From an uncultured Alphaproteobacteria bacterium (GTDB lineage Bacteria; Pseudomonadota; Alphaproteobacteria; RF32; CAG-239), in contig CALXTF010000002.1 of assembly GCA_944391335.1 (NCBI GenBank), positions 11,801-75,800 on the forward strand: a stretch of 64,000 nt of DNA, written 5' to 3'. Below are positions 41,082-52,176 of this stretch, one piece after another (within the stretch, counting starts at the first letter, position 1; every line of letters begins with the position of its first letter). A model generated the notes under the pieces. It was not told the DNA's origin. It saw only the letters and a list, made by a program, of their open reading frames with translations, and made no database searches. The position numbers and the translations under genes were made by a program.

Positions 41082-41543
41082 TTATTTTTCATGACGTTTG
41101 GCTTTAAAGAAACTCTTAAGTAAATCAGATGCTTGATCAGCCATCAAACCTGCTTCTGTTTGTGGTCGGTAATGACAAGTTGAACTATTATAAAAAGTTA
41201 CGCCGTTTTCAATAGCTCCACCTTTAACATCTTCAGCCGCATAATAAATTTTTCGGATTCGCATGAATGATGCAGCTGCGGCACACATTGTACATGGTTC
41301 AAGTGTTACATATAAGTCCAATCCCCATAACCTATTTTGTTTAAGTTTCCGACAAGCTTTGCGCATAACTTCTACTTCGGCATGGGCAAGTGCGTCTTTA
41401 GTATGTTCTCCCAGATTATGCGCTCGAGCTATAACCTTTTCATCTACCGGATCAACAATAACCGCGCCAATGGGAACTTCATCTTGATTAAAAGCTTTTT
41501 GCGCTTCTTTAAGAGCAATTTTCATATAATCTTGAGGATTCAT
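41082..41543 (-). CDS. tadA: tRNA-specific adenosine deaminase
   Basis: HAEVEVM and PCTMCAAA zinc-binding motifs. Confidence 0.9.
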   Translation of the reverse strand: MNPQDYMKIALKEAQKAFNQDEVPIGAVIVDPVDEKVIARAHNLGEHTKDALAHAEVEVMRKACRKLKQNRLWGLDLYVTLEPCTMCAAAASFMRIRKIYYAAEDVKGGAIENGVTFYNSSTCHYRPQTEAGLMADQASDLLKSFFKAKRHEK

Positions 41544-41603
41544 CTTTATTTTTCTTTCTTTTGGTTTATTATAAATAAAAAAAATATCAGGAAAGCATTA
41601 AGA

Positions 41604-42326
41604 ATGAGTGAAAGACTTGCCAAATTTATTGCCCGCTCAGGTGTTTGTTCCAGACGCGAGGCGGAAGATTTAATCTTGCAAAAGAGAATTACCGTTAATG
41701 GAGAAGTAATTGTTTCTCCTGCTTTTAATGTTGACGGAAATGAAAAAATTTTACTTGATGGCGAAAGACTACCAGAAAAAGAAACCACGAGATTATGGTT
41801 GTATTATAAACCTATCGGTCTTGTTACAACTCATAAAGACACCAACGGCAGACCAACTGTTTTTGAGAATTTACCCAAAGGATTACCCCGTGTTATTTCC
41901 GTAGGTCGATTAGATTTGAATTCTGAAGGACTGCTGCTTTTAACAAATAATGGGGAACTTTCACGAATGCTTGAACTTCCGCAAAATGGTTGGAGCCGGC
42001 GTTATAAAGTCAAAGTTCATGGACAAATCAAACAAAATAAAATCAATTCTTTAACTAAAGGAATTATCATTGATGGGATATCTTATGGTCCGGTTAAAAT
42101 TACGGTTGGCGAAACTCAAAACACTAACACTTGGTTGACCATTACCCTACAAGAAGGTAAAAATAGGGAAATTCGACGACTAATGAATTATATCGGCTTG
42201 GAAGTTGCACGGCTTATCCGTCTGTCTTATGGACCGTTTCAACTTGGAAACCTGCAAAAAGGCGAAGTTAGAGAAATTTCTCAAAAAGTACTTAAAGAAC
42301 AATTAGGAGAAAAATTTAAATTATGA
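41604..42326 (+). CDS. rluB: Pseudouridine synthase, RsuA/RluB family with an S4 domain
   Basis: MSERLAKFIARSGVCSRREAEDLI (S4), GRLDLNSEGLLLLTN (catalytic Asp) and REIRR. The 89-codon N-terminal extension in the ORF track overlaps tadA antisense and was trimmed. Confidence 0.88.
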   Translation: MSERLAKFIARSGVCSRREAEDLILQKRITVNGEVIVSPAFNVDGNEKILLDGERLPEKETTRLWLYYKPIGLVTTHKDTNGRPTVFENLPKGLPRVISVGRLDLNSEGLLLLTNNGELSRMLELPQNGWSRRYKVKVHGQIKQNKINSLTKGIIIDGISYGPVKITVGETQNTNTWLTITLQEGKNREIRRLMNYIGLEVARLIRLSYGPFQLGNLQKGEVREISQKVLKEQLGEKFKL

Positions 42327-42889
42327 GAATTATCAGCGGACTTTATCGCGGAAAAAAACTTTTTTCTCCCCGTTCAGCAAATATTCGTCCCACCTTAGAC
42401 CAATCACGCGAAGCTGTGTTCAATATTTTATATTCTAAACTCAACAGAGAATGGAAAAATTTACGTTTGGCGGACATCTTTACCGGCAGCGGTGCTTTTG
42501 CCTTAGAAGCTATATCCAGAGGAGTCGCTTGCGTCACTCTGGTTGATTTGGATTTGACAGATGCTAAGCGTAACATTACCCTTTTTCCCAATGAACAAAA
42601 AAAAATCAACCTGCTCAAAGCCGATGCCACTTGCCTTCCCTATTCTCAACAATCTTACGATATTATATTTCTTGATGCTCCTTACAATAAAGGATTAAGC
42701 GAACAAGCTCTAATCTCTCTTTTAAAACAAAATTGGTTAGCCCCCGATTCGATTTGTATCGTTGAACTGGCAAAAAAAGAACCTTTTATATGCCCTGCTG
42801 AATTTACCATCATAGATGAACGCGCTTATGGTATTACCCGTTTTATCTTTCTCCGTAAAAAATATTTTTTAACATCAGTCGACTACTAA
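42323..42889 (+). CDS. rsmD: 16S rRNA (guanine966-N2)-methyltransferase
   Basis: MRIISGLYRGKKL, DIFTGSGAFALEAISRG and FLDAPY. ATGA overlap with rluB. Confidence 0.85.
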   Translation: MRIISGLYRGKKLFSPRSANIRPTLDQSREAVFNILYSKLNREWKNLRLADIFTGSGAFALEAISRGVACVTLVDLDLTDAKRNITLFPNEQKKINLLKADATCLPYSQQSYDIIFLDAPYNKGLSEQALISLLKQNWLAPDSICIVELAKKEPFICPAEFTIIDERAYGITRFIFLRKKYFLTSVDY

Positions 42890-42994
42890 AATTGATTTTA
42901 TTACTATAGCCGCTTATTAAATAAAAATACCCATACCTAGCACCTAAATACAAATTTAGGTTTCAAAAAAATACAAGAAAACCTTTTATTCAAA

Positions 42995-43750
42995 TTATTT
43001 GGTTAAATTGACTTTTGTATATGGATAATTTTTGATTGTTTCCGCATTAAGTTCGTCACATTTTTGTTCGATTTTTCTTTGCAATTCTTCAATAAAAGCA
43101 TTTTTATCTTTACCGGCGGTCATTGGTTCCATAAACTCAATAATCACTTTTCCTGGAAAATGTTTAATTGAATTTCTTGGCCAAAACAAACCACTATTAA
43201 GCGCAACAGGTATTATCGGCAAATCTAAATTCTGCGCCATAAATAAAAATCCGGGTTTATATTTTTGTGTTGTTCCTGGTTTCATTCTATGACCTTCGGG
43301 AAAAATAATAATTGGTCTTTTTTGTTCCACTCGTTTTTTTGCCATCGCCAACATTTTTTTCATGGCTTTTGCTCCCGCTCCTCTATCGACAGGAATCAAA
43401 CCATACAACCATTGAGCCCAACCAAAAAAAGGAATATATGTCAGTTCTTTTTTTAAAATCATAACACCACGAACAATAATTGTCGACATAACATATGTTT
43501 CTAACGCCGATTCATGTTTACAAGCATAAAGAGCTTTATTTTGATTAATATATTGTTTTCCGCGTACTTCTATACAAATTCCGCCAAAAACTTTTAATCC
43601 CCATAAAGCAACCGGCAGTTGAAAGCGATTCCAATAATAAATAACCCATTTTTGGGGTATAAACCAACCTAAAACACATGTCAAAATTACACCAAATGCA
43701 ATCCAAAAATAAATCCACAAAGAACCTAACCATGAGCGTATCAAAAACAT
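42995..43750 (-). CDS. plsC: 1-acyl-sn-glycerol-3-phosphate acyltransferase
   Basis: KHESALE (an H-x4-E variant of HX4D) and IIFPEGHR motifs. N-terminal TM. Confidence 0.82.
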   Translation of the reverse strand: MFLIRSWLGSLWIYFWIAFGVILTCVLGWFIPQKWVIYYWNRFQLPVALWGLKVFGGICIEVRGKQYINQNKALYACKHESALETYVMSTIIVRGVMILKKELTYIPFFGWAQWLYGLIPVDRGAGAKAMKKMLAMAKKRVEQKRPIIIFPEGHRMKPGTTQKYKPGFLFMAQNLDLPIIPVALNSGLFWPRNSIKHFPGKVIIEFMEPMTAGKDKNAFIEELQRKIEQKCDELNAETIKNYPYTKVNLTK

Positions 43751-44335
43751 TTAGTCCTCCTTTAATTTACTTATATGATTTTTAATCCAAACATATAAAA
43801 ATTTATTATATTCACCCGCAATAAGTATAAAACTGCACCAATTACGCCACCATTTTTTTGCAACTTTTTCAGAATAAACAGGATGTGCCAAAATTAACAA
43901 CTGTTGATTATTGGCGCGAAATTCGGCCATACTCCGAGGAATATGATAATTAGAAGTAACCAATCTAACAGATTGAATATTATTGTTTTTTATCCATTCT
44001 GCGGCTTCAATGGCATTTTCAATCGTATTTGTTGATTTTTCATCTAATGTTATTTCTCGTGAAGTTGTAATATTAATATCATCTCTTTTTTTTAAGGTCT
44101 CAATAGAAATTCCTTTAGAAACACCGGAGATTAACAATTGTTCCGCCAAACCGATATTAAGCAGTCTTATAGCTTCGCTAATTCGATTTCTTCCGCCGGT
44201 TAACACGATAATCGCATCTGTTTTGTTTTTTTCCTCTGTTTTGAAATGATTAATTGTATAACCAAAACCAATTAGCCCTCCCAACCAAGCACAAAAACAT
44301 AATAAGACAAAATATAACAATCTTTTTTTTATCAT
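43751..44335 (-). CDS. YdcF/ElyC (DUF218) family protein
   Basis: N-terminal TM. AIIVLTGGRNRI and VTSNYHIPR motifs. Confidence 0.8.
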   Translation of the reverse strand: MIKKRLLYFVLLCFCAWLGGLIGFGYTINHFKTEEKNKTDAIIVLTGGRNRISEAIRLLNIGLAEQLLISGVSKGISIETLKKRDDINITTSREITLDEKSTNTIENAIEAAEWIKNNNIQSVRLVTSNYHIPRSMAEFRANNQQLLILAHPVYSEKVAKKWWRNWCSFILIAGEYNKFLYVWIKNHISKLKED

Positions 44336-44339
44336 TGAC

Positions 44340-45251
44340 TTACATCATTTTTTCTAAAGTTCTTTTTACGGTATAATAAGCTGTTTGCATAGCGATTAAC
44401 ATTGAAAAGAGTGGTAAACTAAGAATAGTCAACCATGCTCCCCAAGACAAATGAGCTTCATTAATAATACCACCTTCTATTTGTTGAGCCAAATGAGCGA
44501 TAATAAAAATAGTCGGTAGAGCAAAAGCCACGCCTATTAAACCTCCAATTAATCCAAGTATGGAAGTTTTAGCGGCATATTGTTGAGCGATATATGTATC
44601 TTTTGCTCCCAACAAATGAAGAATTTCAATAATATCTTTATGCAAACCGAGACTGGTCTGAGTTGAATAAAAAATTGCACCGGAAGTTATTCCAATAACC
44701 AGAAGCAACACACTTAGAGCCAATATCTTTAAACCACCCGCAAAATTAATTAATTTATTCAACCATAATTTATGATTATCAAGAGAAGCTTGAGGAGCAA
44801 CAGCGGCTAATTTTTCGGCTAAGACAAGGAAATTAATTTCCTCTCCTTTTTTTATTTTAACATCAATTAATCTTGGCATAGGCAAACTGCTTAAATCGAC
44901 ATCATCCCCCAACCATGGTTTTAAGAGTCTTTCCAATTGTCCATCCGAAAGAGGGGTTACTTTTTGGACTTCGGGCATTGCTTCAAGCATGGCAACGGCT
45001 TTTTCTTGTTGTATTAATGTTTCATTTTTAGCTTTAAGTTTATCCACACCGTTAATCGGAATAATTTGAACGGTTAAAGAACCTAAAATACTTGTATTCC
45101 AATTAACAAGCATTGAATTAATAGATAAGACGCCGGCTAATGTTACAGCAAATAGAAATACAGCAATAGAAATCATAACTTTTAAAAACAAATTAGATGA
45201 ATCTTTTGACAAAGGGAGTTCGCGATGACGCATATTATTATATTTCAGCAT
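44340..45251 (-). CDS. ftsX: Cell division permease FtsX-like
   Basis: Four-TM FtsX topology with a large periplasmic loop. GGAG lies 7 nt upstream of the ATG at 45251. Directly downstream of ftsE. Confidence 0.8.
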   Translation of the reverse strand: MLKYNNMRHRELPLSKDSSNLFLKVMISIAVFLFAVTLAGVLSINSMLVNWNTSILGSLTVQIIPINGVDKLKAKNETLIQQEKAVAMLEAMPEVQKVTPLSDGQLERLLKPWLGDDVDLSSLPMPRLIDVKIKKGEEINFLVLAEKLAAVAPQASLDNHKLWLNKLINFAGGLKILALSVLLLVIGITSGAIFYSTQTSLGLHKDIIEILHLLGAKDTYIAQQYAAKTSILGLIGGLIGVAFALPTIFIIAHLAQQIEGGIINEAHLSWGAWLTILSLPLFSMLIAMQTAYYTVKRTLEKMM

Positions 45252-45942
45252 ATTTATCTCCATCTTCCGGATTAATAATCGTCAAGCCATGATTTTTTAG
45301 ATGAATAGTAGGATATTGAAATTCCTTAATTAAATTTTCATTATGGGTAGCAATTACAACTGTTGTTCCGAGTTTATTAAGTTCAATGAACAATTTCATT
45401 AATTTAGGAGCAATATCATTATCGACATTACCGGTAGGCTCATCGGCCAACAATACATCGGGACGATTAATAACCGCGCGAGCAATAGCCACGCGTTGTT
45501 TTTCACCACCGGAAAGGGTTGATGTAATTGCCGAAGTACTTCGATCGATTTCCACCCATTTAAGTAATTCATTTACTCTTTTTTTTATTTCTTTTTCATT
45601 CATGCCGCATACTCTAAGGGGTAAAGCGACATTATCAAAAGCGGAACAATGTTCAAGCAATCGGAAATCTTGAAAAACGACGCCGATTCGACGTCGAAAC
45701 ATAGCCAAAGCGTTACGATTAGCAAAATTTACATTTTTACCAAAGACATTAACATTTCCCCTACTTGGTTTTTGCGCTAAATACATCATGCTTAGTAATG
45801 ATGTTTTTCCTGCACCGCTTTTCCCTGTCAGATAATGAAAAGATCCTTTTTCCAAAGACAAGTTGACATTACTTAAAATTTCAGGTCCGCGTCCGTAACG
45901 AATACAGACATTTTCCATTTTAATAATCGGTTCACTACTCAT
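45238..45942 (-). CDS. ftsE: Cell division ATP-binding protein FtsE
   Basis: GKSGAGKTS, LSGGEKQRVAIARA and LLADEPTGNVD. The start is taken at MSSEPIIKMENV. Confidence 0.9.
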   Translation of the reverse strand: MSSEPIIKMENVCIRYGRGPEILSNVNLSLEKGSFHYLTGKSGAGKTSLLSMMYLAQKPSRGNVNVFGKNVNFANRNALAMFRRRIGVVFQDFRLLEHCSAFDNVALPLRVCGMNEKEIKKRVNELLKWVEIDRSTSAITSTLSGGEKQRVAIARAVINRPDVLLADEPTGNVDNDIAPKLMKLFIELNKLGTTVVIATHNENLIKEFQYPTIHLKNHGLTIINPEDGDKYAEI

Positions 45943-46060
45943 TTCTGACAAATACTCCTTGGTTTTTATTAATAACATATTATAATAATATTATCTTTAA
46001 GAAAATCTTTTTTTATTGCCAAAAGATATTTTTTATAAATATTTGCTTAAAGGAAATCAA

Positions 46061-46275
46061 ATGTTAATTAAATGTCCTCTTCATCATCTGACTTTATAAA
46101 TATTCCACCTTTAAGGATACATCTTCTCGGCTTAAAAGATGATTTTTTAAAAGAAAACACTTTAATACCGGAAAGACGTATTCTTGCTCCCAATACTTCC
46201 GTTGATTTTGATATAGTAGTTGAAGCTCCAACACAAACAGTTAAACGTATTCATGCTTTTTTTATGCCATCATAA
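46061..46275 (+). pseudogene. Probable decayed zinc-ribbon (MJ0042-type) / DUF3426 gene
   Basis: AGGAAA RBS then ATG at 46061 gives MLIKCPLHHLTL-stop (the MxIxCP start of MJ0042-type fingers). A different frame from 46072 encodes 67 aa ending in a DUF3426-like RILAPNTSVDFDIVVEAP. Such genes commonly sit divergent from ftsEX in alphaproteobacteria. Confidence 0.35.
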
Positions 46276-46299
46276 CATTGATTTTTAGGTTTATGGACT

Positions 46300-48030
46300 T
46301 TAAGCCTTTAGCATAACATTTGGAGCTTCAATACCAAGCAAATTTAGCATTTTTATAAGCACATTTCGTGTCAACAAAGCGATTGAGAGTCTGGAAGCAG
46401 CAATATCTGGTGATTGGGCGTTTTTAATTGGTGATGTATTATAAAAACAACTAAACAACTGAGCCAAATTATACACATAATCAGAAACAATACTTGGTTC
46501 GCATTCAGCTTCGGCACGAAAGACAATATTATTTAATTGTGTTAATTTAAGAGCCATATTGCGTTCTTCAGAATTAGTAATAATAATATTTCCTGGAGTA
46601 ATTTCTTGATTTTTATTCATAATAGAGTTAATACGGGCCACGGCATATTGAATATAAGGTCCTGTTTTACCGTCAAAATCAGCGAAATCATCAACTTCGA
46701 AAACATAACCGGAAGCAATATTATTTTTCAAATCTTGAAATTTAATAGCTCCAACAGCGACTTGAGAAATTAAATTATCAAGATAATCTTGAGTAATTCC
46801 CTTACTTTCATCAGCTTTAGGCATCGATTCGGCAACTTTTGCTTTAGACATTTTTATCATATCGTTTAAATTCATCACGCCGCCATCACGAGTTTTAAAG
46901 GGCTTTCCGTCAGCCCCATTAACAGTTCCAAAGCCGATATGTTTTAATTTAACATTTGGAGCGATTCCTAGCTTTTCGGCGGCCTCAAAAACCTGTTCAA
47001 AATGAAGTGATTGCCGTTTGTCGACAAAGTAGATGATTTCATCTGCTTTCAAATCATCCACACGCATTTTGATTGTTGCCAAATCGGTAGCCTGATAGGT
47101 AAAACCTCCATCTGATTTTTCGATAATGACCGGTGGTTTAGGTTTATTCTCTTCATCTAAACGAATAATGTAAGCTCCATCGTCATACTCGAGCAAACCT
47201 TTATCTTGAGCAATTTTTTTAATTTCAAAACAGGTATTATGGGCATCACTTTCTCCAAGCCATAAATCGAAATGGACACCGAGTTCTTTATAATTTTCTT
47301 TAACGGCGTCAACAGATATTTGACGAATATGTTTCCATGCCATACGATAGATTTCATCGCCTTCCTGCAGTTTAGCCGTAATCTGTCGGGCTGTTTCTTT
47401 TGCTGTTTCATCTTCTTTACAGCGAATATTAGCTTGTTTATAAAAACGAGTAATTTCTGCAATATTATAAGTTTTGATTTTACTTAAATCCCCATCTTGA
47501 GCAATGACTTCAGCCAAGATCATTCCAATAGGAGTTCCCCAATCCCCGAAATGGACATCAGAAATTGTTTTATTACCGACAAAATCCTCGATTCGCCGCA
47601 TAGATTCGCCTATAACGGCGGAACGAAGATGTCCGACGTGCATTTCTTTTGCTACATTTGGTCCACCATAATCTAATACGATAGTTTTTGGTTTTGCGAA
47701 TTTTGCGCATCCGAAACGTTGATCTTCCGCCATTTTATCTAGGACCGAAGCAAGAAATTCATTTTTCAATGTTATATTCAAGAATCCCGGTCCATCGACG
47801 GATATTTTATCAAAATCATTATCTTTACGCAGCTGTTGTGCGATACATTCGGCAATTTGCCGAGGATTTTTCTTTTCAATTTTTGCCAGAGCTAAAGCAG
47901 CATTACATTGAAAATCACTTAAATCTGGTCGATCAGATATTTTTATAACGGCATATTTATCATCGAGATTTAAGGCAAGGAATACCGTTTTAAGTTTTTG
48001 ATTAATTATTTCTTCCAACACATAACTCAT
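46300..48030 (-). CDS. argS: Arginine--tRNA ligase
   Basis: 576 aa. HIGH-type HVGHLRS, class I synthetase layout and a DALR-type C-terminus. Confidence 0.95.
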   Translation of the reverse strand: MSYVLEEIINQKLKTVFLALNLDDKYAVIKISDRPDLSDFQCNAALALAKIEKKNPRQIAECIAQQLRKDNDFDKISVDGPGFLNITLKNEFLASVLDKMAEDQRFGCAKFAKPKTIVLDYGGPNVAKEMHVGHLRSAVIGESMRRIEDFVGNKTISDVHFGDWGTPIGMILAEVIAQDGDLSKIKTYNIAEITRFYKQANIRCKEDETAKETARQITAKLQEGDEIYRMAWKHIRQISVDAVKENYKELGVHFDLWLGESDAHNTCFEIKKIAQDKGLLEYDDGAYIIRLDEENKPKPPVIIEKSDGGFTYQATDLATIKMRVDDLKADEIIYFVDKRQSLHFEQVFEAAEKLGIAPNVKLKHIGFGTVNGADGKPFKTRDGGVMNLNDMIKMSKAKVAESMPKADESKGITQDYLDNLISQVAVGAIKFQDLKNNIASGYVFEVDDFADFDGKTGPYIQYAVARINSIMNKNQEITPGNIIITNSEERNMALKLTQLNNIVFRAEAECEPSIVSDYVYNLAQLFSCFYNTSPIKNAQSPDIAASRLSIALLTRNVLIKMLNLLGIEAPNVMLKA

Positions 48031-48368
48031 GATTTGTTTCTTTCGTCATCTTGAACATTTATGCATTTAAACTTCCACACAGCGGGCGTCAACAAACGAC
48101 AAACAAAAAATTCCTGTTCTTGTGGTTGTGCATAATTTCCTGTTTCATTTTTAAGGCATTCATTATTGGCCATTTCTTGTATTTTTTCAAAATCCGTAAC
48201 CCATCCATTATAACATATAACCGGACTATCTGGTTTAGAACTTCCAACATATAATTTTTCGGGATTTGCTCCCGCCTCTCGTCGACGATCAACAAAAGGT
48301 TCTGTTAAAGAACAAGCTGCCGCAGATAAAGATAAGAGAACACAAACGGATAATTTTATCCTAGACAA
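48027..48368 (-). CDS. Lipoprotein (113 aa)
   Basis: Lipobox SAAAC. ATGA overlap with argS. Confidence 0.7.
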   Translation of the reverse strand: MSRIKLSVCVLLSLSAAACSLTEPFVDRRREAGANPEKLYVGSSKPDSPVICYNGWVTDFEKIQEMANNECLKNETGNYAQPQEQEFFVCRLLTPAVWKFKCINVQDDERNKS

Positions 48369-48425
48369 TTTCTAAATCTCCATTTAAATTAACATTAAAC
48401 GAACTATAAGCGAAGAAAATTAATT

Positions 48426-49028
48426 ATGCAATGTCAAAATAAATATATAGGCGACGAGAAAATGCAAAAACTGCTTAATCACTATCAATGCGAAATGCCG
48501 CTTGAAGTTGTTAAGATGCGTTTTGGCGGCGCCATATGCAGTCCTAATTTAGAATTAAGACCAACAGATGTTATAGCTTCTTTATGGACACAGGATAAAC
48601 AACCACGTTTACAAACCAAAGAAGAAGCAGAATTATTTTTTAAGTTTTTCATGGGATTATGGGATAATATTTTTGATCAAATTAAAAACAATAAATTTCA
48701 ATTGTCTGGTTATATAGAAGGAAGCTCACGATCATATTGGCAAAAATTATGCCATAATCGTTTTGAAGAAATTGAACAAGGTTTTATAGAAGGTTTCTGG
48801 GGAGGATATGACAATTTAAAAATCCCCGCCTATTTGGCAGAAATTGTGGATTCATTAAGCGATTTGGCAGAAATTTATATAAAACTTGAACATAAATTAT
48901 CCCAAGAAAATAATATTGAAAATTTAATTAAAACCATAAAAAACACAGACAAAACAGTAAATCATTCAATTGCCTTTATCATTGAACATTTATTTTTACC
49001 ACAAATGAATAAATTGCAAAAGCAGTAA
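48426..49028 (+). CDS. Hypothetical protein (possibly UPF0149/YgfB-like)
   Basis: Helical 200-aa ORF. The family call is weak, and the start may be the ATG at 48462. Confidence 0.6.
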   Translation: MQCQNKYIGDEKMQKLLNHYQCEMPLEVVKMRFGGAICSPNLELRPTDVIASLWTQDKQPRLQTKEEAELFFKFFMGLWDNIFDQIKNNKFQLSGYIEGSSRSYWQKLCHNRFEEIEQGFIEGFWGGYDNLKIPAYLAEIVDSLSDLAEIYIKLEHKLSQENNIENLIKTIKNTDKTVNHSIAFIIEHLFLPQMNKLQKQ

Positions 49029-49049
49029 ATTTTTTAAAGGAGAAAGACT

Positions 49050-49583
49050 ATGGAATTAATAGAAGGCTTATTGACGCGTCGTTCGATTCGAAAATATCAG
49101 GATAAACCCATAAAAAAAGAAATAATTGAAGAAATTATTAAAGCAGCCCAATATTCACCCTCAGCGCACAACAGGCAACCTTGGGAATTTTTAGTTATTG
49201 ACGATAAAAAATTTTTAGCCGAATTACGCCATATTCAACGTTGGACTTCTTTTGCCCAAGACGCCGCTTGCGTAATTATCGTCTGTGGCGATATGGAAAA
49301 ATCGTTCAGCCGCAACAAAGATGATGAAAAATGGAGTTTTGTTGACGTAGATTGCGCAATAGCGACTCAATCTTTAATGTTAGCGGCCTGGGCCAAAGGT
49401 ATTGGAAGCTGTTATTGTGGTGCCGCCCCCATGCAAAAAATTGTAGACAGTCTAAAAGAAAATTTAAAACTTCCTGATAATATCCGTCCGTTTGCAATTG
49501 TTCCCCTCGGATATCCGGCAGAAACTCCGAAACAACCTGAAGATAGATACCACCCTGAAAAAATACATTGGGGAAACTGGTAA
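49050..49583 (+). CDS. Nitroreductase family protein
   Basis: LLTRRSIRKYQDKPI and SPSAHNRQPWEFLVI motifs. AAGGAG RBS. Confidence 0.9.
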   Translation: MELIEGLLTRRSIRKYQDKPIKKEIIEEIIKAAQYSPSAHNRQPWEFLVIDDKKFLAELRHIQRWTSFAQDAACVIIVCGDMEKSFSRNKDDEKWSFVDVDCAIATQSLMLAAWAKGIGSCYCGAAPMQKIVDSLKENLKLPDNIRPFAIVPLGYPAETPKQPEDRYHPEKIHWGNW

Positions 49584-49694
49584 CCATCAATTCTGTGAAA
49601 CAAGTACAAAAATTTCTTGAAAAAAAATCAATTGATGATACATTAAGGACGAAAAATTAATGCCTGTGCGGGGCGTTCCGCATGATATTTATAA

Positions 49695-50717
<1,023 letters not shown>

Positions 50718-50726
50718 TTTTATGTT

Positions 50727-50793
50727 CCCCGTGGTTACCCTCCGTTTAATATCAACACAAAAAGCGGCAGGGATAAACACGGGGATTTTTTTT
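50727..50793 (+). terminator. Possible terminator or structured spacer between gap and pgk
   Basis: Stem ccccgtg/cacgggg followed by ATTTTTTTT, but enclosing an unusually long interior of about 44 nt. Confidence 0.4.
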
Positions 50794-50819
50794 AGAAAAA
50801 TTTTAGGATATGAAAAACA

Positions 50820-52031
50820 ATGATTGAATATAAAACAATGAAAGATTTGGGCGATTTGCATGGCAAGGTTGTTATGCTTCGCGCAGACTTAAACGTTCCG
50901 ATGGATGAAAATTTCCACGTTACCAATACTGCCCGTATCGACCGCACGGTTCCCACTATCAAAGCGTTAATGGAAAAAGGAGCTAAAGTTGTCGTTATCA
51001 GCCACTTTGGTCGTCCTGAAGGCAAAGGTGATATGAAGAATTCTCTCTCGCACATTGTCGCCGATCTGGAAAAAGCTCTAGGCAAAAAAGTTGTGTTTGT
51101 TGACGACTGCATCGGTGAAAAAGTAGAGCAAGCCGTAAAAGCTATGAGCAATGACGAAATTTTACTGCTTGAAAATCTGCGTTTCTACAATGAAGAAAAG
51201 AAAGGCGACGAAGCTTTTGCCAAAGAATTGGTTAAAGTTGCCGATGTTTATGTATCGGATGCCTTTTCAACCGCTCACCGCGCACACGCTTCCATGGTAG
51301 CCGCGGTTAAAGAAAGACCTTCTGCCATGGGATTGCTGATGGAAGAAGAGGTTAATGCCTTGTCCAAAGGATTGAATGATCCCCAACGTCCGTTGATGGC
51401 AATTGTCGGCGGTTCAAAAGTTTCTACCAAGCTCGACTTGCTCAACAACTTGGTTAAAAAAGTTGACAAATTGGTTATCTCCGGCGGTATGGCTCATACC
51501 TTTATGAAAGCCAGCGGTATTGATACCGTAAACGAAGCTAACTCTTTGGTTCAAATGGATATGATTGACACCGCCAAAGAAATTATGGCAACCGCCAAAG
51601 CCAACAACTGCGAAATCATTTTGCCTTTAGACGTTGTTGTTGCTAAGGAATTTAAGGCAGAAGCCGAACACATGACTGTTGATTTGGAACACATTCCGGC
51701 TGAAGGTTGGAGCTTGATGGATGTCGGCGAAAAAACCATTGCCGCCATCAATGCCAAATTGGACGAATGCAAAACTTTGGTTTGGAACGGCCCCTTAGGT
51801 GTATTTGAAATGAAGCCGTTTGACAATGCCACCAATCAAGTTGCTGCTCACGCTGCCGAATTAACTCAAGCAGGCAAACTGACAAGTGTTGCCGGCGGCG
51901 GTGATACCGTTTCCGCTTTGGCCAATGCCGGTGTTGAAAAGAAATTTTCTTACATCTCAACGGCCGGCGGTGCATTCCTCGAATGGATGGAAGGCAAAGA
52001 ACTCCCCGGTGTTGTTGTTTTGAAAAAATAA
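50820..52031 (+). CDS. pgk: Phosphoglycerate kinase
   Basis: LRADLNVP, ISHFGRPEG, and a C-terminal STAGGAFLEWMEGKELPGV. Confidence 0.95.
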   Translation: MIEYKTMKDLGDLHGKVVMLRADLNVPMDENFHVTNTARIDRTVPTIKALMEKGAKVVVISHFGRPEGKGDMKNSLSHIVADLEKALGKKVVFVDDCIGEKVEQAVKAMSNDEILLLENLRFYNEEKKGDEAFAKELVKVADVYVSDAFSTAHRAHASMVAAVKERPSAMGLLMEEEVNALSKGLNDPQRPLMAIVGGSKVSTKLDLLNNLVKKVDKLVISGGMAHTFMKASGIDTVNEANSLVQMDMIDTAKEIMATAKANNCEIILPLDVVVAKEFKAEAEHMTVDLEHIPAEGWSLMDVGEKTIAAINAKLDECKTLVWNGPLGVFEMKPFDNATNQVAAHAAELTQAGKLTSVAGGGDTVSALANAGVEKKFSYISTAGGAFLEWMEGKELPGVVVLKK

Positions 52032-52047
52032 TCAACCGGATACAAAA

Positions 52048-52082
52048 ATCTCCCCTCGGACAAAACCGAGGGGATTTTTTTT
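52048..52082 (+). terminator. Intrinsic terminator after pgk
   Basis: Stem tcccctcgg/ccgagggga plus T8. Confidence 0.85.
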
Positions 52083-52114
52083 ATTCTCCAAAGGTCAAAA
52101 ATATAGCCTTTTGG

Positions 52115-52143
52115 TTGCATTTACAAAAAAATATTACTAAATA
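52115..52143 (+). promoter_or_regulatory. Candidate sigma70-type promoter for the first HTH gene
   Basis: TTGCAT, 17 nt, TAAATA. Confidence 0.3.
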
Positions 52144-52176
52144 AAGATTGGTTCACGGCTTTAAGGAGTTAACAAA

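Noticed and set aside
41337-41603. 89-codon N-terminal extension of the pseudouridine synthase ORF
   Set aside because: The extension is antisense to tadA and low-complexity. The conserved S4-domain start MSERLAKFIARSG begins at 41604.
42940-42962. Hairpin acctaaat/atttaggt between rsmD and plsC as a terminator
   Set aside because: It is not followed by a T-run on either strand (TTCAAAAAAA on the plus strand). It was left uncalled.
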